Counted from the first letter of the stretch, positions 46,842 through 58,017 are shown. The stretch: 64,000 nucleotides of DNA from Bacteroidales bacterium UBA5429 (GCA_002427605.1 DIRT01000020.1:10013-74012); one strand, 5' to 3'. A program made the numbers and translations. The notes: generated by a model from the sequence alone, not told the origin.

Positions 46842-48347
46842 CTATTTTGCAATTTCCAGAACTGCTTTTTCAATGCGTTTTGCGGTTTCCTGAACTCCGA
46901 TGAACTCTATAATTTCAAAAAGATCAACCCCTTTAGTGTCTCCGACTAAAGAGAGCCTTAAACAGTTCATAATCTGCCCCATATTGAGTTGCTGATCCTG
47001 AATATATTGAGTTACAACGGTATGCAGATGCTCTTTTTCAGATGAAGTCGCGGTTAGTAACAGTTGCCGAATCGCTTGAAGATGTTCAGCCGTATTTTCT
47101 TTCCATCTTTTCTTGATTACATCAGGGTTGTACTCAGTTGGTGCAACGAAAAAATAGTGCACTTGCTCCCACCATTCGGTCATAAAATAAACCCGCTCCT
47201 TAACCAAGGAGATCACTTTCAGTACCTGTTCTTCGGATGCTTCTATTTCTTTTTCTTTAAGAATTAAAAAAAGGGGGGAGGCAAGCTGTTCCTCTTCGCA
47301 AAGCTGTATGTAATGATGGTTAAACCATCGCGCCTTATCCAAATCGAATTTGGCTCCGGACTTGCTAACCTTATCCAACGAGAATTGCTCAATCAATTCC
47401 TCCATGCTCATCACCTCCTGATCATTACCGGGATTCCAGCCCAATAGCGCTAACATATTGATCACCGCTTCAGGAAGATAGCCGCTTTCACGATATCCGG
47501 ATGAAATCTCCTGAGTCATAGGATCTTTCCACTCCAGCGGGAAAACCGGGAATCCCAAACGATCGCCGTCGCGTTTGCTGAGTTTTCCATTGCCGTCAGG
47601 TTTTAAAAGGAGCGGTAAGTGTGCAAATTGGGGAGCTTCCCACTCAAAAGCACGATACAGCATCACATGTAAAGGAGCTGATGGGAGCCACTCTTCTCCT
47701 CGAATCACATGCGTAATCTCCATGAGGTGATCGTCTACTATGTTCGCAAGGTGATACGTAGGCAATCCATCCGATTTGAACAACACTTTGTCATCCAAAA
47801 TACGGGTGTTGATAACCACTTCGCCACGGATGAGGTCATTTACAGTAATATCTTGATTTTCTTGATGTTTAAAACGAATTACATAATCTCCTTTGAGTCT
47901 TTCTTCAACCTCTTCGGGTGATAATGTAAGAGAATTACACAAAGAACCTCTGGTTTGGGTATCATATTGGAATGTGGATTTTTGCGCTTCCTCCTCTTTT
48001 CTTCTTTGCTCCAGTTCTTGCGGAGTATCAAAGGCGTAGTATGCCCAACCGCGTTGGATCAGAAGATCAGCGAACTCCCGATAGAGCTCCATCCGTTCTG
48101 ATTGCTTGTAAGGAGCGTGGGGACCACCCACATGCACTCCCTCATCAAATTCAATTCCTAACCAATCGAAGGCTTCAATAATATACTCTTCGGCACCCGG
48201 TACAAAGCGGGTCTGATCAGTATCTTCGATACGAAGGAGCAACTTGCCGTTGTGTTTTTTGGCAAAAAGATAGTTGTACAAACAAGTTCTAACACCACCA
48301 ATATGCAAAGGACCGGTGGGACTGGGAGCAAAACGTACTCTAACCAT
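46842..48347 (-). CDS. gltX: glutamyl-tRNA synthetase
   Basis: [14 protein letters not shown] (HIGH) and KLSKR (KMSKS). Confidence 0.95.
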   Translation of the reverse strand: MVRVRFAPSPTGPLHIGGVRTCLYNYLFAKKHNGKLLLRIEDTDQTRFVPGAEEYIIEAFDWLGIEFDEGVHVGGPHAPYKQSERMELYREFADLLIQRGWAYYAFDTPQELEQRRKEEEAQKSTFQYDTQTRGSLCNSLTLSPEEVEERLKGDYVIRFKHQENQDITVNDLIRGEVVINTRILDDKVLFKSDGLPTYHLANIVDDHLMEITHVIRGEEWLPSAPLHVMLYRAFEWEAPQFAHLPLLLKPDGNGKLSKRDGDRLGFPVFPLEWKDPMTQEISSGYRESGYLPEAVINMLALLGWNPGNDQEVMSMEELIEQFSLDKVSKSGAKFDLDKARWFNHHYIQLCEEEQLASPLFLILKEKEIEASEEQVLKVISLVKERVYFMTEWWEQVHYFFVAPTEYNPDVIKKRWKENTAEHLQAIRQLLLTATSSEKEHLHTVVTQYIQDQQLNMGQIMNCLRLSLVGDTKGVDLFEIIEFIGVQETAKRIEKAVLEIAK

Positions 48348-48373
48348 AGTATAGTGTAATTTTATCGATGAAA

Positions 48374-48811
48374 TTATAGATTAAACGGAGCTTGATACTT
48401 GATGGTCGCTCCAATAACGCGATTATTGTCGTTGGGGTCAGTGATGAAATTTAGTACCTGAAAACGGGCATAAACCCCGTCAGAGTTCCAATCTCTCACG
48501 ATATAGCTATTTCCTGGTACGATGGGCAAAATGGTACTCCATCCATAACGTGGCAAACTCCTGATCTGACGTAAAGTTACATTTCCAACGTTGTTGATAT
48601 CAACACCATAAGTAATAAATGAACCCCCTTGAACAGTTAAATAATGGATGTGATCGACATAAGGATCATATTCAAAAATGGAGTTGAAATATAAAAATTG
48701 TCCCTCAACGATATCTAAAGTAATGGTTCCTCTTGGATCCTCATTGGGATCAACATCTTCGCAACCGGCGAATGAAAGCGCAACAATCAGAATAAAAAAT
48801 AGCTTTTTCAT
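48374..48811 (-). CDS. lipoprotein, unknown function
   Basis: Lipobox LSFAGC. 145 aa, beta-rich. Confidence 0.5.
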   Translation of the reverse strand: MKKLFFILIVALSFAGCEDVDPNEDPRGTITLDIVEGQFLYFNSIFEYDPYVDHIHYLTVQGGSFITYGVDINNVGNVTLRQIRSLPRYGWSTILPIVPGNSYIVRDWNSDGVYARFQVLNFITDPNDNNRVIGATIKYQAPFNL

Positions 48812-48832
48812 GGGTGTTTGATTTTCAACCTA

Positions 48833-48840
48833 CAAAAATA
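48833..48840 (-). promoter_or_regulatory. -7 box TATTTTTG
   Basis: 22 nt upstream of ATG 48811. Confidence 0.55.
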
Positions 48841-48846
48841 CAAAAG

Positions 48847-48951
48847 ATTTCGGATTTTGGATTTATTTCTTCTTATTTTTTATTTGGAAATTTAAATAAT
48901 TGGGGGGCAGGAAAGGTCTCGCTATTTTGATATTCTATTTCCCCACTCTGG
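48847..48951. repeat. short mosaic repeat block (ATTTCGG-type heptamers plus G-run module)
   Basis: ATTTCGG ATTTTGG ATTTATT... at 48847..48870. GGAAATTTAAATAATTGGGGGGCAGG...CCCCACTCTGG at 48886..48951. Confidence 0.8.
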
Positions 48952-48976
48952 GAAACATCCGAAATTAAAAAAGTTG

Positions 48977-48984
48977 TATATTTG
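48977..48984 (+). promoter_or_regulatory. -7 box TATATTTG
   Basis: Lies inside the 5' end of the track ORF, which forces a later start (49016 or 49040). Confidence 0.5.
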
Positions 48985-49039
48985 CGCTTGTGAAATAAAA
49001 AGATTCCTGTGCAAAATGGTGCAAACAAAGAACTTATCA

Positions 49040-49567
49040 ATGAGATATTTATTTTTTATTTTTATAATTATTTCTTCATCGTTAGTTGCACAAGAAAACA
49101 AGGGTGTTCGCTATCAATTACTGGATATTCATAAAATGTCTGATTTTAATTATCAGGGTATTGATTCTCTGGATCATAGTTCAAAAGCCGGTATTTGGCT
49201 TCTAGATCATGTATTTAATGTAGTTGATGGTGATTACACAGTTTATCGGTTTATTAATCATGATAGAGGTGTTCTTTTTGATGATAGCGATACGATGGAT
49301 ATATACAATTTAATTATTCTCAAAACAGACGAAAACAACTTAATAATTGATGGGTTCCACTATTCATTGACCAATCCGGAAATGCCACTCACATGTAAAT
49401 TGTACAGAATCACTCGCCAACACAAAATGAGTAAAAATATTGATATTCGAGCATTACTATTTAAACGCAAACAATTTTTGATCAACAAAGAGGATGACAT
49501 CTGTGATTCTACCGATTTGTTTTTTGATGCAGATATCATTTTGGATTGGAATATTTTCGAATTTTAA
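49040..49567 (+). CDS. secreted hypothetical protein
   Basis: The start was chosen at MRYLFFIFIIISSSLVAQ (signal peptide). I recognise no motif. Confidence 0.45.
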   Translation: MRYLFFIFIIISSSLVAQENKGVRYQLLDIHKMSDFNYQGIDSLDHSSKAGIWLLDHVFNVVDGDYTVYRFINHDRGVLFDDSDTMDIYNLIILKTDENNLIIDGFHYSLTNPEMPLTCKLYRITRQHKMSKNIDIRALLFKRKQFLINKEDDICDSTDLFFDADIILDWNIFEF

Positions 49568-49634
49568 ATTTGGCCAAGCTCTGTTGTATCAGAGAAATCA
49601 ACCTTCATTATATTCTACAAAATACGCAAGATTC

Positions 49635-49685
49635 CGTAATTCGTAATTGGATTCATTCCGCCTTCCGCCCTCCGCCTTCCGCCTT
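49635..49685. repeat. heptamer arrays CGTAATT x2 and CCGCCTT x4
   Basis: Nearly identical to 29661..29711, and located 22 nt beyond the lpxB stop. Confidence 0.9.
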
Positions 49686-49707
49686 TTTTACAACTGTGTA
49701 TTTATTG

Positions 49708-50853
49708 TCAAATTCGTCCCTGTTTTCCCTTTTGTACAAGCTGATCAATCAGCTCTGCGCCTTTTTGAGAAGCGCCGCCCGAGCCCAGTTTGGTTTTTAA
49801 TTCCCGGTATTGCTCCAGCATACCCTCTCTCTTTTCTCCATTTTTTAAGATGAGTTTGAGCTCTTTTATTAATCTGTCAGGATTCAAATCGTGCTGAATC
49901 AATTCGGTAACTACAGGTTGATCCAAAATTAAATTAACCAAAGAGATATATTTCAGATCCTTTCCAACCACTCTTTTGGCGATGGAGTAGGAGATCGCAT
50001 TGCCCTTATAACAAACAACTTGTGGAGTATTGAGAAGTGCGGTTTCCAAGGTGGCTGTTCCGGAAGTAACCAGCGCTGCTTCCGCATGGTGGATTAAGGG
50101 GTAGGTGTCGCCTTCAACCAGTTTGATATCCCGATTTCCAATCAGTTTTTGATATAAGGAGAGCGGTTGCCATGCTACTTTGGAAATCACAAATTGATAC
50201 TCAGGAAATTGATCGATAATAGATACCATAATAGGTAAAATATGAGTCAGTTCCTGCTTTCTGCTTCCGGGAATTAAGGCAATGATGGGGCGCTCATCCA
50301 GTTGATACTGCTGTTTGAAATCAGCCAGGGAAACCATTTGAGGCGTTTTATCCTGAATAACATCCAACAGGGGATGCCCAATGTAGGCAACATCGTATTG
50401 ATAACGTGCATAAAACTCTTTCTCAAAAGGCAAAATGGAAAACAACAGGTCGACATCTCTTTTGATCTGAAACACTCTCTTTTTCTTCCATGCCCACACG
50501 GAAGGGGAGACATAATGCACCACTTTGAACCCATTTTCACGGGCAAATTTCGCCATTTTTAGATTGAAACCGGGATAATCAATAAAAATAACGACATCCG
50601 GTTCGTACAAAAGCATATCAACTTTACAGATGGAGAAATTTTTAAGAATTGTTCTGAGATTGACCAAAACCTCCCAAAAACCCATGAAAGCCAGTTCTTT
50701 GTAATGCTTGATCACCTCTCCACCTTGCGCTTCCATAAGGTCGCCTCCCCAGACTAAAAAGTCCGCTTCAGGGTCATTTTTCTTAATTTCAGCCATTAAA
50801 TAGGATCCTAACAGATCTCCGGATGCTTCTCCGGCAATGATATAATATTTCAT
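49708..50853 (-). CDS. lpxB: lipid-A-disaccharide synthase
   Basis: MKYYIIAGEASGD...PGSR...SGTATLE motifs. Confidence 0.9.
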   Translation of the reverse strand: MKYYIIAGEASGDLLGSYLMAEIKKNDPEADFLVWGGDLMEAQGGEVIKHYKELAFMGFWEVLVNLRTILKNFSICKVDMLLYEPDVVIFIDYPGFNLKMAKFARENGFKVVHYVSPSVWAWKKKRVFQIKRDVDLLFSILPFEKEFYARYQYDVAYIGHPLLDVIQDKTPQMVSLADFKQQYQLDERPIIALIPGSRKQELTHILPIMVSIIDQFPEYQFVISKVAWQPLSLYQKLIGNRDIKLVEGDTYPLIHHAEAALVTSGTATLETALLNTPQVVCYKGNAISYSIAKRVVGKDLKYISLVNLILDQPVVTELIQHDLNPDRLIKELKLILKNGEKREGMLEQYRELKTKLGSGGASQKGAELIDQLVQKGKQGRI

Positions 50854-50858
50854 GAGCT

Positions 50859-51851
50859 TTATTTTCTAACAGTACTTTTAATTACGATTTCTGAGTCTTT
50901 ATTTTTCCTTTTTTCCTGTGCAATCGATATGCTGACATTCAAGTCATAACCGATTAATACGATAACACAACTCCAGTTTATCCAGATCAGAATTAACAAT
51001 ATCGCCCCAATAGATCCATAAACCGCGTTGTAAGAAGAAAAGTTGGCAAAATAGAAATTAATCCCTTTCAATAAAACGACCAGCATAATGGCTGAAAATG
51101 TAGCTCCGGCGGAAAAAAACCGGAAAAACTCTTTCTTGTAGGGCGCAAAATAGAAAAGGGCTGACAATAGTAGGTACATCAGCGTAAAAAGTGAAAGCCA
51201 CTTGACGACGGCAACTAAGTATGTGTACCACCCGCTGTTAGGTCCAATCAAATTACCTATTCGGTAGTATAAAATGGAGGTGGCAACAAAAACGGCACAG
51301 GCTGCTATAATAATAATGAGGAAAACAATCACCATCACCATACTGACCAGCAACTGTTTAAAAAAGGAGCGCTTTTCCATATCAAAATAGCTGATATTCA
51401 ATGTGGTAATGATTGAATTCACACTTAAAAAAGAGAGGTACAATCCCAAACCGATTGAAAGATAAAGAATCGCACTGTTTTGTTGTAAAATAAGAGTGTG
51501 AATTAAATCGATGATGGTGGTCCACAAGTAGGGTGGTGTTAGCGATTGGATAATGTCGAGCAACTTGAGTTGAATCGATGGTCCCATGAATGAGATGGTG
51601 GCAATCAGGGTCATCAACATGGGGATTGCTGATGCAAATATGTAATAAGTCATGGCTGCTGCGCGCTGAAATAGAATGCCCCTAAAAAGGGATTCTAAAA
51701 AGAAACGCATCACATCCCAAAAAGGCACTCCTTGAAACCCGGGGAGAATTAACTTTTTTAAAGTTTTGGAAACCTTTTGAATAAAAGGTTTTCGATAGAA
51801 CTGAATTATTTTTCTCCGGGTTTTAAAGGAGTAAAAGGGTCCTTTTTCCAT
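50859..51851 (-). CDS. YihY/BrkB-family membrane protein
   Basis: 330 aa with six TMs. MTYYIFASAIP and a YGSIGAILLILIW-type C-terminal motif. Confidence 0.7.
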   Translation of the reverse strand: MEKGPFYSFKTRRKIIQFYRKPFIQKVSKTLKKLILPGFQGVPFWDVMRFFLESLFRGILFQRAAAMTYYIFASAIPMLMTLIATISFMGPSIQLKLLDIIQSLTPPYLWTTIIDLIHTLILQQNSAILYLSIGLGLYLSFLSVNSIITTLNISYFDMEKRSFFKQLLVSMVMVIVFLIIIIAACAVFVATSILYYRIGNLIGPNSGWYTYLVAVVKWLSLFTLMYLLLSALFYFAPYKKEFFRFFSAGATFSAIMLVVLLKGINFYFANFSSYNAVYGSIGAILLILIWINWSCVIVLIGYDLNVSISIAQEKRKNKDSEIVIKSTVRK

Positions 51852-51852
51852 T

Positions 51853-52695
51853 TTATTGGATAAATTTTAAACTCAAATCGATACTTTTAATCTGATGTGT
51901 TAAGGCTCCGATAGAAATGAAGTCTACACCTGTTTCGGCGTACTCTCTCACATTTTTCAGTGTTATACCTCCGGAGGCTTCAGTTTCGACTCTTTTGTTG
52001 ATCAGTTGAATCGCTTCTTTCATCCTCTCAGGGGTGAAATTGTCCAACATGATGCGGTCGACACCGCCATGGTTTAACACTCTTTGTACCTCTTCCAAGG
52101 AACGGGTTTCAACCTCAATCTGGAGTTGTAAGTTGTTCTTTTTGAGATAATCTTTAGCTTTATCTATTGCTTTTTCGATGGATCCGGCAAAGTCGATATG
52201 GTTATCCTTTAACATGATCATATCAAACAATCCAAATCGATGGTTTTGTGCTCCACCAACGCTGACAGCATATTTCTCAACAAATCTTAATCCCGGAGTT
52301 GTTTTGCGTGTATCTAAAATGATGGCACCGGTTCCGCTGATTGCATCTACATATTTTCGGGTGTTAGTGGCAATTCCACTCATGAGCTGCAAAAAGTTTA
52401 GCAGGGTGCGTTCTGCTGTTAGCATGTTTCGTGCCGCTCCTTTCAACCGAAAAACAATATCACCGACAGCGATCCTGTCTCCATCGGAAAAATAGGTTTC
52501 CATACTGATTTTGGGGTCAACCTGGCGAATAACCTCTTTAGCGAGGTCAATACCACAAAGGATCCCGGGTTCTTTAACTAATAGTTTCATTTCTCCCTGA
52601 ATGGTAGGGTCAATAGATGCAAGAGAGGAGTGGTCTCCCGATCCAATATCTTCTGCTAAAGCTTGCTTAACAATGGTTTCAAAATTGTTTTTCAT
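51853..52695 (-). CDS. nadC: nicotinate-nucleotide pyrophosphorylase (carboxylating)
   Basis: RTLLNFLQ...DTRKTTPG...KDNH...SGGI motifs. ATGA overlap with the upstream gene. Confidence 0.92.
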   Translation of the reverse strand: MKNNFETIVKQALAEDIGSGDHSSLASIDPTIQGEMKLLVKEPGILCGIDLAKEVIRQVDPKISMETYFSDGDRIAVGDIVFRLKGAARNMLTAERTLLNFLQLMSGIATNTRKYVDAISGTGAIILDTRKTTPGLRFVEKYAVSVGGAQNHRFGLFDMIMLKDNHIDFAGSIEKAIDKAKDYLKKNNLQLQIEVETRSLEEVQRVLNHGGVDRIMLDNFTPERMKEAIQLINKRVETEASGGITLKNVREYAETGVDFISIGALTHQIKSIDLSLKFIQ

Positions 52696-53189
52696 TTTAT
52701 AATTTTGATTTCAGGTGTGGTGATAATGTTACTGTGGTTTAATGCGCGATCTACGATATAGAACTCAAATCGGATGGTGTCATAAATGGAGGTGATATTG
52801 TTGATAAATAACTCAATCTCAATATGACCATTGATCGATTCCGGAGGGCGATTGCTCAATCTTGGAATGCGGGCATGCTGTTCAGCCGGAAGATCTACTC
52901 TGACAAAGGTTCCATTTTGTTTTTCGTAATAATGAATGAAAAAATTATAGTAATAGATGGAAGAAGTGTCAAAAGGAGGGCGTAAATCATCCCCCTCACT
53001 GTTCAATCCTATGTCACCGTCTCCATCCTCAAAGTAGAAAATTAACATGCCCTTGTCGTCACTTCCGGACGTATTGGGGATTTTTTCCAAACTCACAAAC
53101 TCAATTCGTGGTATAACGCTATATTTCTCTTCCGGGATACAACTCCAAAAGAGAAGGGCTACCAACAAAAAGAGTATGCATTTTTTCAT
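52692..53189 (-). CDS. lipoprotein, unknown function
   Basis: Lipobox LLFWSC, 165 aa. Confidence 0.5.
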   Translation of the reverse strand: MKKCILFLLVALLFWSCIPEEKYSVIPRIEFVSLEKIPNTSGSDDKGMLIFYFEDGDGDIGLNSEGDDLRPPFDTSSIYYYNFFIHYYEKQNGTFVRVDLPAEQHARIPRLSNRPPESINGHIEIELFINNITSIYDTIRFEFYIVDRALNHSNIITTPEIKIIK

Positions 53190-53191
53190 TG

Positions 53192-54004
53192 TTATTCAAT
53201 TTGCATATAGTGCTGCGTAACCCGAATGGTATCAACTGCTTCTTTAACATCGTGAACACGAATGATATGCGCACCCTTTTGAACTGCAAGACAGTTCAGT
53301 GTGATGGTTCCCGCCAGCATCTGATCCGGTGTGCTATCCAATAAATGATACAGCATCGATTTGCGAGAAATACCGACTAATAAAGGTAACTCAAGTGCAT
53401 GTAACAGATCCAGATGCTTCATCAAAAAGTAGCTTTGATCTACCGGTTTTCCAAATCCGAAGCCGGGGTCAAGAATGATATCATTCACGTTTTCAGCCTT
53501 CAATTTTTCAATCTGATTGGCAAAAAAGGTGAGCATATCGGGAATCAGATCTTCATTTTCTAAAGGTTTCTCTCGGTTGTAATGGGTTAAACAGTAGGGA
53601 ACTTGTAGTTTCCCCATTGTTTTAAACATATCGGGATCAATTCCTCCGGAAATATCGTTAATCAAGACTGCACCCTCTGATACTGCCATTTCTGCAATAC
53701 GAGCGCGGAATGTATCAATGGAAACCCGGACTTCAGGGAAATGGGAGATAATCAGCTTGAGATATTTCTTGATCTGCATAAATTCGGTTTCCGCATCCAG
53801 AGGAGTATGATTGGGGCGGGTTGATACAGCACCTAAGTCAATGAAAGTGGCTCCCTCAGATAAATGTTGTTCCACCCTTTGCAGAGTGGAACGATCATCA
53901 TTAACACGACTTTTCCAATAGAAAGAGTCGTCAGTACAATTCACAATACCCATCACGATGGGTGTTTTCAGTGATATAGGTTCTCCCTTTATATTGAGAT
54001 ACAT
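53192..54004 (-). CDS. folP: dihydropteroate synthase
   Basis: MGIVNCTDDSF...IDLGAVSTRP...NDISGG...DPGFGFGK motifs. Confidence 0.93.
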   Translation of the reverse strand: MYLNIKGEPISLKTPIVMGIVNCTDDSFYWKSRVNDDRSTLQRVEQHLSEGATFIDLGAVSTRPNHTPLDAETEFMQIKKYLKLIISHFPEVRVSIDTFRARIAEMAVSEGAVLINDISGGIDPDMFKTMGKLQVPYCLTHYNREKPLENEDLIPDMLTFFANQIEKLKAENVNDIILDPGFGFGKPVDQSYFLMKHLDLLHALELPLLVGISRKSMLYHLLDSTPDQMLAGTITLNCLAVQKGAHIIRVHDVKEAVDTIRVTQHYMQIE

Positions 54005-54028
54005 AACTTTATGGATTAATCTATAAAA

Positions 54029-55783
54029 TTACTTTTCGTCAGGTGCAGCAATATTGGTTCCGCAATCGTCAACAATCATGCGATACCATCTGTCCGGATA
54101 TCTGGGTTGTTTGGGGAATACAACTTGTGGATTTCTATCTCCTTCAGTTTTGAACTGTCCATGCTCCTCAACTTTAACATTTCCATCATGGTACTTAACC
54201 AATAGGTATTCAAAAAGTCTATTCCACTCATCCACAACCTGTTGAGCCACTTGATTAGAGTAGTTTGTAATTTGAGCTACGCCTGCTACTTCATCCTTCT
54301 CAAGTAATGCAGCCCATTCTTTTTCTTTAGAAGCGATATCTTGAATGGTTCCCAACTCCCATTTATCCTGTTTTTCTCTTACATGAACAATCATGTCACT
54401 ATAACGGGTATACACAAAGTTACTCACTTTGGTAAATGTCCAAAATGCTGAAGTAGGAGAGTACTCAGCCATTGATCCGTTGCCAACACGATAGGGCATA
54501 GGAACTTTGTTGATTCCGGCAAACATAGGCACATAGCATGTCATACCTACATCGTCAACGCTAAACCAAAGGATTCCACCCACTTTATCTGGCAACCAAC
54601 TGCGTGTTTGAGCTACAAAAGAAAATCCTGTTTGTTGAGTTGCTGTCGCTCTTTCATGGATGTAGTTTTTGCCGTCTAATGACCAGGTCATCGGTCTCCA
54701 TCTGTAAGGACAAGAGTATGGACCGGCACCCAAATCTTTGGTCATATCCATAGAAGTGCCTTCATAGTGGTCTCTCATGTAATCCATCATGTCTCTAACA
54801 CTTATTTTTTTAACCGGTTTAATCCACAAAGGCATTTTCTCTTTGCTCTCTAAGTCTTCACCGCGGGCATATTTTTCGTAAGGTCTGGCTAATTCAGGAT
54901 TAACTCTGTAAAAGAAAGCCCAAACACGTGCTTCACAAGCACGGGCAGCACCAAAATCAAGTGGAGCATAAGTGTGAGCAAAACTGAAATCTTCATCTTT
55001 CCCTTGGGTTGGATATAAACCTGCTAATTTTGCAAAGGAGATAACGTCGTGAGAATAAACTGTTTCTACTTCAGGATTGAAGACTTTTTGAAGTTCTTTG
55101 TTGGTAATTGATGTTTTTCCATTGGCAATAGGGAATGTAGTGATACGAGCCTGGTTAGCGTGACCGGAAACATAACCGTCCGGAATACGACGTGCTACCC
55201 ATACTGCACCTTTTGTCCATCCTTTGAGCGTTCTGCCTTTGGCATCTTTCATTTCTTCTCCTTTACTAATCAATTCAAAGATCCAGGCTTCATGTGGATC
55301 AATGATAGAAAGCGATTCACCACTGCTGGCATAACCGTAATTGTCTAGAAGTTCACTGATTACTTTGATCGCTTCACGAGCATTTTTAGCTCTTTGTAAA
55401 GTGATATAAATCAATGAGCCATAATCAATGAGTCCATTGGGTTTGTCAAGTTGTTTTAACCCACCATAGGTGGTCTCTGAAATAGCCAACTGATGTTCAT
55501 TCATGTTTCCCACCACTTGGTAAGTGTGTGCAACTTGAGGTATTTGTCCCATATAGTTTCCGGAATCCCACTCAACAACATCCATCATGGAACCGGCAGG
55601 ATGATCCTGAGCAGGCCAAAAATAAAGTTCACCATATAATGTGTGTGAATCGGCTGAATAGGTCACAAAGCAAGAACCATCCTGACTCGCACCCTTAGTT
55701 ACAATAAAATTAGTACAAGCACTGAGAGAGTACGTGAATACCCCAATAGTGAAAAGTGCTAAGGTTAAAAAAGTTTTTTTCAT
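54029..55783 (-). CDS. C69-family dipeptidase
   Basis: The signal peptide ends ...SLSAC-TNFIVTKGAS (N-terminal Cys nucleophile). 584 aa. Confidence 0.8.
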   Translation of the reverse strand: MKKTFLTLALFTIGVFTYSLSACTNFIVTKGASQDGSCFVTYSADSHTLYGELYFWPAQDHPAGSMMDVVEWDSGNYMGQIPQVAHTYQVVGNMNEHQLAISETTYGGLKQLDKPNGLIDYGSLIYITLQRAKNAREAIKVISELLDNYGYASSGESLSIIDPHEAWIFELISKGEEMKDAKGRTLKGWTKGAVWVARRIPDGYVSGHANQARITTFPIANGKTSITNKELQKVFNPEVETVYSHDVISFAKLAGLYPTQGKDEDFSFAHTYAPLDFGAARACEARVWAFFYRVNPELARPYEKYARGEDLESKEKMPLWIKPVKKISVRDMMDYMRDHYEGTSMDMTKDLGAGPYSCPYRWRPMTWSLDGKNYIHERATATQQTGFSFVAQTRSWLPDKVGGILWFSVDDVGMTCYVPMFAGINKVPMPYRVGNGSMAEYSPTSAFWTFTKVSNFVYTRYSDMIVHVREKQDKWELGTIQDIASKEKEWAALLEKDEVAGVAQITNYSNQVAQQVVDEWNRLFEYLLVKYHDGNVKVEEHGQFKTEGDRNPQVVFPKQPRYPDRWYRMIVDDCGTNIAAPDEK

Positions 55784-55817
55784 ACAAAGATTTAATTTAA
55801 ATGATTAAACGAACCCG

Positions 55818-55825
55818 CAAAGTTA
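55818..55825 (-). promoter_or_regulatory. -7 box TAACTTTG
   Basis: 35 nt upstream of ATG 55783. Probable head of the C69-folP-nadC-yihY-lpxB array. Confidence 0.55.
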
Positions 55826-55977
55826 CTACTTATTTTTTAATTACTCTACAGCCTTTTTACTCCTGATAATAACTTATTGAAAGTAAAGAAAATAGAAAGT
55901 AAAATTAAGAATTGGTTAATTTTTTTGTTTTTAATAAAAAAGGTGAAGGAATACTAAAAAATGTTAATATTTTTTAC

Positions 55978-55985
55978 TAACTTTG
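55978..55985 (+). promoter_or_regulatory. -7 box TAACTTTG for nagB
   Basis: 23 nt upstream of ATG 56008. Confidence 0.6.
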
Positions 55986-56007
55986 CACAAATTAACAACA
56001 AATTAAT

Positions 56008-57978
56008 ATGACAAAATCAATTTACAGCAAATCTAAGATAAAAGGGTTGGAGGATTATGTTCAAATTACACCTGATAACCAAAGAACAGGCTCTTTTGAG
56101 AAAGTTCCAACTTGTATTTTCGATAATAATAAACTGATAGCAGAGGCGGTTGCCTTTGAAATAGCCTCGTTAATTCGTGCAAAACAGAAACAAAACAAAC
56201 CGGCAGTACTTGGGTTGGCAACAGGGTCAACACCCATCACTGTTTACGCTGAATTAGTGCGTTTGCATCGGGAAGAAGGATTGAGTTTCAAAAATGTGAT
56301 CACTTTCAATTTGGATGAATATTATCCCATGTCATCAAACTCTCAACAGAGCTATGTGCACTTCATGAATGAACATCTCTTTGATCATGTTGATATTCCA
56401 AGAGAGAATATCAACATCCCTAATGGAATGCTTAAAAGAGAAGAGATATCAGATTATTGTGCAGCTTATGACAGAAAAATTGAACAAGTAGGCGGTATTG
56501 ATATACAAATTTTGGGAATTGGAAGAACCGGTCATATTGGGTTCAACGAGCCCGGTTCTGAGATGAACTCTCCAACTCGCTTGATTGCGTTGGATTACGT
56601 GACAATTACTGATGCTGCATCTAACTTTTATGGAGAAGAGCATGTGCCAACGCGTGCGATTACCATGGGAATTTCAACAATTTTGAAATCCAAACGAATT
56701 ATTTTGATTGCATTGGGAGAAGGTAAAGCCAATGTTATTCAAAGGACGGTTGAAGGAGAGATCTCTTCTGAGGTTCCGGCTACATTCTTACAACATCATG
56801 ACAATACGATTGTTGTTCTGGATCAACCTTCGGCATCGGAGTTAACAAGAATTAAAACTCCGTGGTTAACCGATATTTGTGATTGGAAAGATCCACGATT
56901 GATGAGAAGAGCGGTAGTTTGGTTGTGTCAAAAGTTGGAAAAACCGATTCTGAAACTTACAGACCGTGATTATCGTGCATATGGAATGGGTGATTTAATT
57001 GCAGAAAGAGGTTCATCGAACAAAATCAATATTGAGGTATTTAATGGATTGCAAAAAACAATTACCGGCTGGCCGGGAGGTAAACCCAATGCGGATGATT
57101 CTTCCAGACCGGAAAGAGCACTTCCTTATCCCAAAAGGGTAGTGGTGTTCAGCCCGCATCCCGATGATGATGTGATCTCGATGGGGGGAACTCTGTCCAG
57201 ATTGGTAGAACAAGGGCATGAGGTACATGTGGTATATCAAACCTCAGGTGCCATTGCTGTACATGATGATGATGTAATCAGATATATTGATTTTGCTGCC
57301 CACTTTAATGAGAGAAATCAATTTGTACATGAGGATTCAAGTCACTTATTCAAACAAATAAAATCGGATATTGCCAGGAAAAAACCGGGTGATGCGGATA
57401 CAGAAGCGATCAGGAACGTGAAATTGTTGATCAGACAGGGTGAAGCAGAAGCAGCTTGTCGATTTTTGAATATTCCCCGAAAGAATGCTCACTTTTTAGA
57501 GATGCCTTTCTATGATACGGGAAGAGCTGCCAAAAAACCGCTTTCTGATCAGGATATCAAGCTGATTATCGATATTTTAACAAAAGTTCAACCGCATCAG
57601 ATTTATGCTGCCGGTGACCTTTCCGATCCGCATGGTACACACCGCGTGTGTCTGGAAGCCGTTTTAAAAGCATTGGATCAGTTGCAGAATGAATCCTGGA
57701 TGCTTGATTGTCGCATATGGTTTTACAGAGGCGCATGGCAAGAGTGGGATGTGGGAGATATCGATATGGCCGTACCAATCAGTCCCGATGAGCTAGTTGT
57801 AAAACGAAAAGCAATCTTCAAACATCAATCTCAAAAAGATAAGGCATTGTTCCCTGGATCGGATGAAAGAGAGTTTTGGCAAAGGTCAGAAGATAGAAAC
57901 AGAGCTACGGCAAAATTGTATAATCTGGTAGGTATGGCCGAGTACGAAGCCATCGAAGCCTTTGTCAGATGGAAATAA
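56008..57978 (+). CDS. nagB: glucosamine-6-phosphate deaminase fused to a LmbE/PIG-L-like deacetylase domain
   Basis: N-terminal half: LGLATGSTP...GIGRTGHIGFNEPGS (NagB). C-terminal half: VVFSPHPDDDVISMGGT (PIG-L motif). Confidence 0.88.
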   Translation: MTKSIYSKSKIKGLEDYVQITPDNQRTGSFEKVPTCIFDNNKLIAEAVAFEIASLIRAKQKQNKPAVLGLATGSTPITVYAELVRLHREEGLSFKNVITFNLDEYYPMSSNSQQSYVHFMNEHLFDHVDIPRENINIPNGMLKREEISDYCAAYDRKIEQVGGIDIQILGIGRTGHIGFNEPGSEMNSPTRLIALDYVTITDAASNFYGEEHVPTRAITMGISTILKSKRIILIALGEGKANVIQRTVEGEISSEVPATFLQHHDNTIVVLDQPSASELTRIKTPWLTDICDWKDPRLMRRAVVWLCQKLEKPILKLTDRDYRAYGMGDLIAERGSSNKINIEVFNGLQKTITGWPGGKPNADDSSRPERALPYPKRVVVFSPHPDDDVISMGGTLSRLVEQGHEVHVVYQTSGAIAVHDDDVIRYIDFAAHFNERNQFVHEDSSHLFKQIKSDIARKKPGDADTEAIRNVKLLIRQGEAEAACRFLNIPRKNAHFLEMPFYDTGRAAKKPLSDQDIKLIIDILTKVQPHQIYAAGDLSDPHGTHRVCLEAVLKALDQLQNESWMLDCRIWFYRGAWQEWDVGDIDMAVPISPDELVVKRKAIFKHQSQKDKALFPGSDEREFWQRSEDRNRATAKLYNLVGMAEYEAIEAFVRWK

Positions 57979-58017
57979 GGACAATTTCAACCTAGCCCAA
58001 CGTTTTATAGTTAGATT

